A DNA stretch of 64,000 bases from Chrysomallon squamiferum (lineage: Eukaryota; Animalia; Mollusca): assembly GCA_012295275.1 (NCBI GenBank), contig CM022670.1:17422001-17486000 (forward strand). The letters run 5' to 3'. This document shows positions 27,171 through 38,700 of this stretch, one piece after another. The number at the start of each line of letters is the position of its first letter. Within the stretch, counting starts at the first letter, position 1. Both the position numbers and the translations under genes were made by a program. Below the pieces are notes generated by a model. It made no database searches, was not told the DNA's origin, and worked only from the letters and a program-made list of their open reading frames with translations.

Positions 27171-30100
27171 AAGTATGTATTAAAGTGTGTTTTTTTTTTT
27201 AACATGTTACTTTCCATACACAGAGTAACAGTCTTCAACAGGAGAGTAATAGAGTTAAAAGAGTAAAAAATCAACATAATTTTAAAAATTTAAGATTTCA
27301 TGCTAAAATACTTTGAAATTCTCAAATATTATTATTAATCCCAAATCAGAATGGGAGAATTTATTATCAAATGTATAGAAAACAATATTTATATCATTTT
27401 AAAAGGTAATCATTTAAAATACAAATAACCTCTAGAAAATTAATAACAATGATCAATGTATCTCAAAAAAAATAAGAAACATTTAAAAAGGTTATATTAA
27501 ATTAAAAATACTTCAGCTTATATTAAAAAATGTTATAGTAAAATTATATTTATTTTATTTTAAAATGTTCGTAAAAAGTGCCATATACTGAATAAACATT
27601 TTAAGAAGAAACAATGTTTGCTGAAAAAACCAACCCAGCTATTTATCTGGAATATATGGGATGACGTCACGACTTTAGGCGCAACAAAATTGGAATGGTG
27701 ACGTTGAAATGTTTTGTAAAAGTATCATTCTAATCTCGTAATTTGTTATTAATGATTACATTTCGCTCGAATAAAACAATAAAAAGTACTCAATTTTTCT
27801 GTATTTATGGTCCACCAAAATGTTTTGACCTGCTTTTCCTTATTTTTTAATTCCTGATTTATTTTCTGTTTCAGGTTCTCTCTCAATAAAAACTGAAGTC
27901 TTATCTTTCTGTTTATTGCACAAATCTTACCGCGTATTGCGAAAATTAGCATTTAATTTCGATTAGAAGCACGAAGGGTACTCCCCATCTTTTTGTGTAT
28001 CGCAAATGTAGTTCATACATTACTCTTAATGCTCATATTCCTACAAACAAACAAAAGCAAACAAAAGATATATCTCTTAGCTTCATTAACATTGACAAAA
28101 TACATGTATTTGTTTCCGAAAAACGGAAGAAAAGTTTAATGAAAAAATTCCTTAAATTCTCTTGACTGTATAGGAGCAGTCAACTCCTTGCAAAAATATG
28201 TCGCTGAAACAGAGAACTTAAGCTTACATCTTTACAACCAACCGCTCTGCCTGAAAGAAATGTCACCACGCGTTGTTTTAGCCGCCCGGGCTGTTTGAGC
28301 TCTGAGTCAGAAAGCATCTGATAATGTCGATTCTCGTTAACCACAACCTTCTGAATTCTGTTTGGTAAGTAAAATGATCATTATTTTCTTTTAAACGCAT
28401 AAATTACAAATTAAATGATTAAATCTCTGAAAGTTTCCAGCAGTTTATTCATCTATTATGCCCGAAAAAGATAACAATTTAAGGTCATGTGACTTCAGTT
28501 TCTCGACTGTTTTTTTTTTTTTTCCTGAGGCTATGGCAATGTCTTGGAAATAAATATTAGAACTGATGATGGAATAAGTATGGTTAATTAGTATTAATGG
28601 GCAAAATAAAGATACAACATTTTTAATAAATAATAACACAGGAGATCACTCGTTATAAATGTCTTTACTCAGTCTCCTTTTTGATTTGATGTTAATTTAT
28701 AAAGTCCACTTACACATTCAAACAGGCTCCCAAATCGGCTTCTGCTCCATTTACATTTACATCACCCAACACTATGCATGTTTTGTATGTACTGTTACAG
28801 TATTGAGACCCACTCTAAATAGGAAAAGGCACCAAACAAGCCATGTTCATTATTATATAGCCTTTACTAGCACTAAGACTGTACCTCAGTCTTGAAGAAA
28901 ACTGCAAGTTTTAAAACAAAAAAGTTGAATCCCCTAAACGTTAACAAAGCAGATATTCTTATTTATCCATTCTAAATGTATTTTAAGATAAGAAACTTAT
29001 TTGCCAGTCAATAATTAATTCTTCATTCACAATATCGACAATAATTGCTGCTGAAGTAAGAAACAAATACTAAGGGACATTTGTGTCCTTGGCAGAGAAC
29101 CACCAATACAATCTGTCTACCAAATTCAGTGATACCATATTTATCTCTACCTGAACAGGAAACACTTCAGAAATATGAATGACCAAGGGGAAGGTTTCTA
29201 CATTACCGAATAAATAACAACAAAACAAACAAGTAATTGCTATAGCATTACAAAAATATGTTGAAACAGGTTTTCTTTTGTTTTACTAATATTTATATTC
29301 TTATAATTAAACATTTTTAGGCTGCACGTTATTTTCCTGAATTTAAAACAAAATATAATTGACTTGGCTTTGAGGCTGATTCATACTGTCTTATTGTTTT
29401 CTCAATGTTTAGAAAACACTGATGTTTTCGATATTGAAAAGGTAAAATATTGCTAACAAAATAAAATGAACTATTCCAGATCATTGCAAGGAGCAAACCA
29501 AAACAGTAACTTCCATGAAAAGTTTTGTTTTCACCTCTTTCTTTTTTTGACTAAATATAAAAAAAAACACAAAAAAAACACCCAAACATTTTGTATAAAA
29601 AGTGACACACTATACTTCACTGCAAAAAAAAAAAAAAGGTAGAAAAAAGAAAACATGTTTGGGTTTGTATCAGGAAACATACACATTTGACTGTACATTT
29701 AAAAGAACATGTATATTGAAATAAACAATAATAAATAATATCCAAAATCAGTTAAATGAAGCAGCCGTTTCGATGAGACAGATCACTTATCACTGCAGAT
29801 GCTCAGTAGTGTTGAGAGGTGTAGAACTGAAATGACAAAGAACAATTACAAATTCTCTTCTAATAATAATAATTACTTTAAAATATTAACACTTAATAAC
29901 AATAATTACTATTAAATGAAATCAATTCCTGAAATAGCGAAATGTTATTAAAATCTATGTAACTACAGGAGAAGAAAACATAAAATAAAATTAAAACCAC
30001 TATAAATCTGAATACTCAGAGCATATATGGTTGTATAGTAAACAAGACATTATAAACTACTGTCAAGGAAGAAAATAAAAAACGGGAATAAAGGTAAGAA

Positions 30101-31952
30101 AAAACATGCATACTGCTAAGTGTTTTACCAATTATGACAAAATTAAACTACGAGGTATACAGAATCACTGGCTAGGCAACTTGTTTTCTTTGATATGACA
30201 TTAAAGACGGAATAGTGTGACTTTATGGAATCATAAGACAAAGAATTACAGTAGGGCAAAGGCGAGGCATTAAGCTCCACTGATCCTGAACCTTATTTTA
30301 TTTCCAGTTATTTGCCATAGTGATAATAAACTCTAACAAACAGAAGTTAACAAAAGTAATGATGTGATAAAATATAATCTGCTTAAACATATCACTGTAT
30401 CAAACAGATACATATATCTGGAAACAAACTTTTCTTTACCAAATAAACCAAACAAATATGAACCAACATATGAAATAAATGATAAAATCCTATCTCCCAC
30501 CTCCAATGATAACAAAAGTGCCAACATTTAACTTACAAAATCACAAGATTGCAAACAGTATTTGTGTGTCCCAATTGTGGCTTTAGAATTTAAACATGCA
30601 GTATGTCCATGCCTGGAGGATAAAGAAGAAAATAATAATATTATTTTAACTATTACCATTTTCTTCAAAATTTTTTAATATATTTTGTCATGACAACACA
30701 GTATACCTTTCCCACTTGAGATGATTTAAAAAATCAAAATTTAAAATTTTTCTTGTTTGTTTAAACAATAAAAAATAAAATAAATGATAAAAAAATTGTA
30801 GTTCCAAATAACAAAAAAGAATTGAAGTATTTTAATTGTAATATTAATCAATATAAAACAAAGACATCAGTCCTGCTAAAATTAATAGCCAGAGTAACAA
30901 GTAAATGGACACATAATAGTGTCCTACTTACTGAAATATCTCTGCTCAAGTTGTGAATATTTCTAAAATCAACATTTTAGACATTTTCTTTCATTTCTGT
31001 AGTTTTTTTTTTTTAAACCATTTTAATTTATCTGTTTATTATTATTTTACATATTCGAGGTAATATTTTCAAAGAAGAAAATCCAAAGTGTGAAAAAACA
31101 AAAACAAATGTTAGTTTTGTTATTTTCTAAAACATTATTTTGGTTCTGAAGTTAACACCCAGTTAAAAGAAAATCATAAAGCTATTTATAATAAACTTAT
31201 TTAGAAAATTAGCACAATATTTTATTCAATATAAATAATAAAATGCAGGAGTTACAAAAATAAAAGGAAAAAACAATAATAATAACACCAATTAAAAAAA
31301 CTTATTATTCTGCAGAAGAACATTTTTTGTAACTGTAGTTTTGTTTAATTGTCATATCTCAGGTAAGGAAGCACTCTCAACATCCCAAAAATCAGAAAAA
31401 TAATAATTTCAGTATGGGCATCACACAAAATACTGTACCTCTGTTTGCTGAAAGGTTTTAGGGCAAAAAGGTTCTTGGATCTAGAATAGGTATCTCATTT
31501 CCTTCAATTCTGTGCCTTTTCAAACACATCTCTACATCTTCAGAATCCTTTGGTTCTGTTGCACATCTATGAATGCCACCAAAATAAAAATAACAAAACA
31601 AACATCAATTAAATATATGGTTAAAGAAACACCTCATTAAAACAGTTTTCTGAAAAATTAGGTTGTCAAGACCTGGTTCTCTTATATATCACTGTTATTT
31701 TTCAAAGTCAAAATGATGTAACAGAATTAAAAGCATTAACTGATCATGTAAATGGAGGTATGAACAAAGATTCTGTTGTTATTACAAAGCTATGAAATTT
31801 TCATATTCTTGTCATGGCAGAGCAGAGGCGCCAGTTTACTAAAAAGAGCCTTATTTTATATTTGACATTCTGGAAGGACAAACACGTTTTAGATATGTAA
31901 TGTAATTTATGCTTCAAAGAGGTTCTGCTGATCCAGGATGTGCAATACGACT

Positions 31953-32510
31953 CTGTGAACTTGTAATGTTTGATATAAGAACATATGAGGGTGCAGGTGT
32001 TAGAGAATATCTGTTAACCCCATCCTGGGATTATTTTCAAGTGTAGTTCTGTATTCTATTTGCGATAATTACTGTATCCAATGTGTGTCTATTGAAATTC
32101 ACCAAAAACCAGTGGAAGTATAGATTCAGTAAAACAAGTTTATAATTGTAAATTGGTGATTAAATAACTGAGGGATCACATTTGTCTTGAATATAGGGAT
32201 ATTTATTTATTTATTTATTTTTATTTTTATTTTCTGTGAGCTTGTAATGTTTGATAGAAGAACATATGAGGGTGCAGGTGTTAGAGAATATGTTCACCCC
32301 ATTCTGGGATTATTTTCAGGTGTAGTTCTGTATTCTATTTGTGATAATTACTATATACAATGTGTGCCTATTGAAATTCACTAAATACCAATTGAAGTAT
32401 AGATTCAGAAAAGCATGTTTATAATTGTAGATAGGTGATTAAATAACTAAGGATCACATTTGTCTTGAAGACAGGGATATTTATTTATTTACTTATTTAT
32501 TTTTATTTTG
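31953..32510 (+). repeat. About 281-bp direct tandem duplication (2 copies)
   Basis: ctgtga(a/g)cttgtaatgtttgata..gagggtgcaggtgttagagaata..cacatttgtcttgaa starts at 31953 and 32234. Confidence 0.9.
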
Positions 32511-33682
32511 TTTTTTGTAATGAAGGTGAAAATATTCATCCCTGAATCCATTTATCATTGATAATTATTTTCAATCATGTTGCTTTGAGGCTCAATCTTT
32601 TACCTGAATTGCTACTGATGATTTTTTCAAGAACAGGACCATAATAATTTATTTGAACATGAATTGTCCATTGATGAGACCTTTCGTTTTGATATACACC
32701 TATGATAATGATGATGATGATTAACAAGCTCCTGGCCTTTGTGACTGAAGGAAAAAATATATATTCTCACCCTGTACACATACATGAAATAAAAATATAT
32801 TATTCTACTGAATATGCATTATTGTTTATCCTTTAACATTAGGAAAATCATTAGGTTATAGCAGGCAAATTACTCAGGCCTGGATACTCTGCCCTCCTTC
32901 TGCTGCTTATGACTTTATTTTTCTAATTCTTATTTCCATTTATCAAAATACTGAGGGCAGTTAGTACACTGGTGGGAAAACACTGAAGAAGATTTCGTAA
33001 AAATGTATTTGTTGTCCAAAATCTGAATATTTTACCCTAATTTGGTAACTTAAAGCAGATGGAACTAATATTTGCCAAATATAAGGGTAGGAACAAATAT
33101 TCTTTCTACTGGGGCTACAAATATTCGGGGCAACACCAGACTTGATATCAGATCTGGCCAATGTAAGCAAGTTAATGTTTAGCACAGAAATTGCCAGGTC
33201 TGGATCAGAACTGCTGTGTCACATGTTAGACATTTGTTTTGTTGATTCAAGTCAGATTTGGTACAGACAGATGTGCTAGCTGAGCTCTTTCTCTGCATAA
33301 AAAATATATTAAATATAATAAAACTTGTATTTTTTTTTTAAAATTACAAAAACATTCAAAGAAAATTTTATACATATAAAACTTTATTTTATTCTCAATT
33401 TATTTTTGATTTCAAAATAGTTCTATACAAATTATTACTATTTATACATTTCTAAATGAACAAAATTTGTAATTCATAAATAAGGAACAACATATTATTT
33501 AATTTTTTTTTATTTAATATTTAAAAAAATATATAAACAAAACATAAAAAAATCAACTTTATTAAGGGATATAAATAGCTAAGGCTTTGGAACCAAAGTG
33601 TTTAGAAAAATCAGTGGTTACTGTATTAATAATAATAATAACAATAAATTCAATCAGTAAATAAATAAAATGAAGTCACATA

Positions 33683-33970
33683 ATTTCTATAAAATCCTTC
33701 CATATTACTGTATCACAGCATTTCTGTAAAATCCTTCCATATTAGTATATCACAGCATTTCTATAAAATACTTTCATATCACTTTATCAAACATTTCTAT
33801 AAAATACCTTCATATTAATGCATCACAGCGTTTCTATAAAATCATTCCATTATTCTATATCACAGCATTTCTATAAAATTCTTCCATATTATTTTATTAC
33901 AGCATTTCTCTAAAATACTTTCATATTAGATATTATTGTTCTATCACAGCATTTCTATAAAATCCTTCTA
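33683..33970 (+). repeat. About 37-bp minisatellite, about 8 copies
   Basis: Unit atttctataaaatccttccatattactgtatcacagc. Confidence 0.9.
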
Positions 33971-34941
33971 TATAAAATTAATAGATATAAAGTAAACACA
34001 AAGACCTGTCATAAAATTAAGATCTGTGCACTGAATAACATGATACCCATTGCTACATTTTCAAGCTAGCTATTTTTAGGGAAAACTGATTATAAATATA
34101 TGGTTTGTCTGCTGCTACATTTTTTTTACAGTTAGCACATACATAGAGAAAAGAACTATGGCTATTAGTTCAAACTATTTCAACACATATTTTATATATG
34201 AATACTTTCATAAAAATATATTCAAAACACACAGACACACAGAGTAGTGTCTTTCTGTAGTTTTTTATTTATCATATATGTACAAAAAATATTTTTTCTA
34301 AAATCGGCAAAGATCTTACACTTTTCAAAATTTTCATCTTTCTTCAAAAAATAATTAATAATATAAAATAAACATTTCAACACATTTTGAAATTCATAGC
34401 ACTACATGTAATTAATTGATAAAAAAAACAATACACACACACACACACAAAAAAATATGTACCAAAGAAACCAAACAAAAACCCAACCAGTGAAAACAGC
34501 TTAAAATAAATATTGTAGGTGTAAATTATAAATAAAATTACAAAACATTAAATATTCAAAACAAATTCTAGAGGTTAGCAATACGAAACTGTTCATGATC
34601 TAATGGAGAAAAATGCATGTGCAGAAAATAACCATAAATTTAAAGAAAAATAAATTTCTGTAACATGGATCTAAATATAAAACACTAAACATTTACAATT
34701 AACTATACTCAGTCAACTATTACAGAGCATAAAAAGTACCAAAATATAAAATGTAATTTTTAATACAACTGCCAATAAATTCAGTAATGGATGGTTAAAC
34801 TATGAAACTAATTATATTTGTGTATATCAAGAAGTCAGTATATAGCAGTACAAAAGCAGAACTATTTAACTTAAGCAAATGCAAGTTAGCATACAAATAT
34901 TGTGTCAGTTCATTATTAAAAAATGTTTTATTTTTCTGATT

Positions 34942-35727
34942 TTATAAATCTTCGTCATCTTCTGGGACTGCCATGTAAGAAAGTTCTGCTACATCCAAAT
35001 AATCAGAAATAAGATGAACAAAAGGATCATCTGATTTTTGTACACTGTTCACCCTAAAAAAATAATAAAATAAAATTTTATACATACATGCATACATGTT
35101 AAGTGGGTGTGTGTGATGAACATAATAAAAATAAATACAGTTAGAAACTTTTAAAAAGAGAGATATGTTTCAGAGAATTGGAACAGTTTTAATTTCTATT
35201 ACAAAATAAACTGCAATCTGTGGTTTGCAGATAAAATTTATATCAGTATGTGACATCATTTTAAAATAAATACAAGTAGTTTAATTTATATTTAACTTTT
35301 GTGTAATTTATCATCAAAAACAATTCTTACAAAACAAGACAACTGAAAAACTGCACATACCAGGAACGAGCTGTTTGTAACATCCAGTTCCTAGGTTCCT
35401 CCAGGGAAAATTCTGACAAAGCCTCTATGACTACTTGGAAAGCTTTATCATCTGATATCTGTTTATCCCTGCTAGTCACAAATAACTGAAAATAAAAACA
35501 TGTAAAATGCACAATAAAACATATATAGTTAATGTTTTTGTTACAAATTCAATAAAATTATAAATCTACCTTGATCATTTTGCTCTCAGGAGTGGAGGAC
35601 AGGGGATCAATCAGAATGAGCTCCAGTTCAGGTTTGGAAACATCAAGTTCTCTTGCCAAGTCAAAAATTACACCAGTCTTTTCAACAAGCTGTGCAATAA
35701 ACTCATCAGACATCGGCTTGGGAAGTT
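34942..35727 (-). CDS. Copy B: second, divergent death-fold unit and C-terminus (exons 35727-35570, 35485-35361, 35053-34942)
   Basis: MSDEFIAQLVEKTGVIFDLARELDVSKPELELI..ESKMIK|LFVTSRDK..AFQVVIEALSEF..W|VNSVQKSDDPF..EDDEDL*; same 1-0-2 intron phase pattern as death domain 1. Confidence 0.7.
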
Positions 35728-38700
35728 CTGAGACAAAAATAAAAAGAATTATTCAGTTTCTCTAACTATGTAACACAACAAAGTCAACAGAAAGGATACT
35801 ATTCACAATTTCTCTAACTATGTAATACAGGAAAGTCCACAGAAAGTGAATTATTCACAATTTCTCTAAATATGTAATTCAGGAAAGTCAACAGAAAGTG
35901 AATTATTCACAATTTCTCTAAATATGTAATACAGGAAAGTCAACAGAAAATGAATTATTCACAATTTCTCTAAATACATAATACACGAAAGTCAATAGAA
36001 ATTGTACAGTAATCTGTACATTTATGATTTTGATATATCTTAGAATAAATGTGACAATTATCCTACAATTTCACATTTCCATAAATACTTCAAAAATACT
36101 GCTATGTATATTTAAAAAAAAAAAAATTTTCACTGATCATAATCACTGTATATAATATTCTGTGTCAAATCACCCCCAAAAAACTACATTTTTTTAAACC
36201 AGACAGTCTCAGATTTTTATTTACTTTGTATACTTGTTGATTGGGATCCCACAGCACCAAATCCAAAATGTCAGGCCAATTGGACCAGTGGTGTTTTGAG
36301 ATTTTCGGCCAAAATGGTCATGACCACCAAACTTTGAACCCTCATATCTCAGGAACTACTGGGCCAATCTTCATGAATGCTGGGGTACACTGACCTTTTG
36401 ACCTTTGTTATGACCTTGAAATTGACCTTGATATGACCTTTCTTGAAATTTAATCTCCCACATGTTAACTAAAACGTATAAGCATTTAGAGGTGTAATAT
36501 TCTTTGTTTAGCAGCAATACACATTCAAAAATTGCATGTCCATGAAAGTAACACATTTTCTGCCATTAACATCTGATTAGCTAAAACCTGATGTTAGGAA
36601 TCACCATCTCTCTTGATCACCATGTAATACATTATAGGCCTACATGCTATGATCATATGATATCAAACTACTTCCCTCATTGCCTTCTCACTAGTTCAGC
36701 ACTCACAAAATCATTCAGTCACCCACTTCCCCCATAGTCTTGCAATTCTAGCATCATCCCTTTTATTTAGAGAGTACATACGTTGAGAAGATGCAATAGA
36801 AGGTGTATCAATGACAGAGAAGATGTCCCCTTCATTAGTCCAACACATGTCTTTTTCATTTGGCCATGCCAAAGTCTCCATGCTCTTCTGAAATGTCCTC
36901 AACTAGGCCAACCCATGCCTCATTGTCATACAGACAACAAACATAGTTTTGCTTCTTGGCTCCTCTGGTAATTCTGTCATATCATCCTCAGAATCCTGGA
37001 CAGACACTAGTTCTGGTGGGTCACTCTGCAGGCTGAGCTTGTTGGCATGCATCTTTGACTTAGACACTGGAACTAACCAGTGAAAGTGCTGTGTTCCCTT
37101 GACCGTTTTGGCCTCTTGAAACCTCCCTTGTAGTTCCAACTCATGCTTTGCTATGTTTTCTGGTGTGATGTTGAAAAAGTGAATACCTGAAATACTCTTG
37201 ATACAGAAGTCCATGTTAGCATCACTGGTCAGGACTGGGTCTGTGTAGGGACGCTGCAAACTAGCCTTTGTCAGCGACCTATTCACCATCCCCTCCCAAT
37301 TCCATCACAGGCACTTTTGCCATAGCTTGTCACAAAAAGGTTCCACTCACCTTCCAATACACAGGGCTCTAGAAACTGCTAATTGCCATAAGCTCAATGG
37401 GGATTTCACCAGGGGATCTCCTGTTAACACTTTGGGCCTGATTGTGTAGAACATCTTATGCCAATTCAGGCATTCCTTCAGACATGTCAAGTGGATTTTG
37501 ACTCCAAAGATGAGTTTTTCATCTCAGAGAAGTGTATACATGTAGAAAACGTACATTGTAATGCATTGTATAAATCATCCATGCAGGTAAGCATTTTTAA
37601 AATCTATATTGTGGCTAAACAAAAAAGATTACACCTCTGAAACTTTTATATGTTTTAGTTAACATGTAGGAGATAAAATTTCAAGAATGGTCATCTCAAG
37701 GTCAAGTGATCCACGAGGTCAATTTTGAGATTTGGAATCCTTGTCATATTGCCTTTTCAACAATACCAAGTTTTATGAAGATTGGCCCAGCAGTTGCTGA
37801 GATATGAGGGTTCGAAGTTTGGTGGTCATGCCCATTTTGGCCAAAAATCTCAAAATTCGGGTGGCCATATCTCCCACACCACTGGTCCAATTGGCCTAAA
37901 TTTTTAGATTTGTTGCTGTGGGAACGCTCATTGAAATCTGAGATGGTCAGGTTTAACCCTTTGGGTAATTTGACACAGAATGACCCAAAAGTTCAAAAAT
38001 GAAATGATCATCTATAAATTGTTAATAACTCAAATGCAGATTAGGGGTGAAGAAATTGAAAATGAAAGTAATAAAGGGGTCATCCCTATGAATACCAATT
38101 TTAGGAATATTCTGTCTGTATTAGCTAACAAATAAATAAATAAATACAAAATATTACATAAATAAATAAATAAAATAAATAAATAGATTAAAAAAGTAAA
38201 ATAAATAGATAACTAAAAATAATAAATTAATATATTAAGTATATTTCATCTAAAAATTTGAATTTGCAAATTTATTATGACAGTTGTACATGCATTACTT
38301 ATGAAATGGTTCTAATGGCTGCTGCTATTGTCACTTTATTAACTTGAAAGCATGAAGCAGATTTTTTTATTGAAGTTTGAGTAAACTTTAAGTATTACTA
38401 CAGTACAAACTTACTGAACATCAGAATATGTTCATTTAACAAGTCAACTGACATGTATATAATTGTTTTGATGTTTATGTTTTACCCAATTTAGTTATTG
38501 AACGTCCATTCAGTGTCACTTTCAGCCAACTGCAGAATCTGTCTTGTCGTTTCTTGTTTTTCCCAATCCTAAATAACAACATTAATAACTCATTTATAAT
38601 TTCTATATAGAAAGAAATATCTAATTTTTAATAACCCTAAATAAAAACATTAATAACTGATTTATAATTTCTATGCTGTAAAGAATATGTAATATTTAAT

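Noticed and set aside
33000-33285. Possible DNA-transposon terminus (reverse complement of tgtgctagctgag) and similar fragments at 796-960, 14570-14800 and 19870-20035
   Set aside because: No partner TIR, TSD or coding remnant found; too weak to call.
34927-34932. AATAAA on the minus strand just after the copy B stop codon
   Set aside because: The hexamer is ubiquitous in this AT-rich DNA; the poly(A) site cannot be assigned without transcripts.
33683-36001. 37-bp and 52-bp periodic arrays as possible CRISPR arrays
   Set aside because: Head-to-tail units without unique spacers, eukaryotic context and no cas genes; these are minisatellites.
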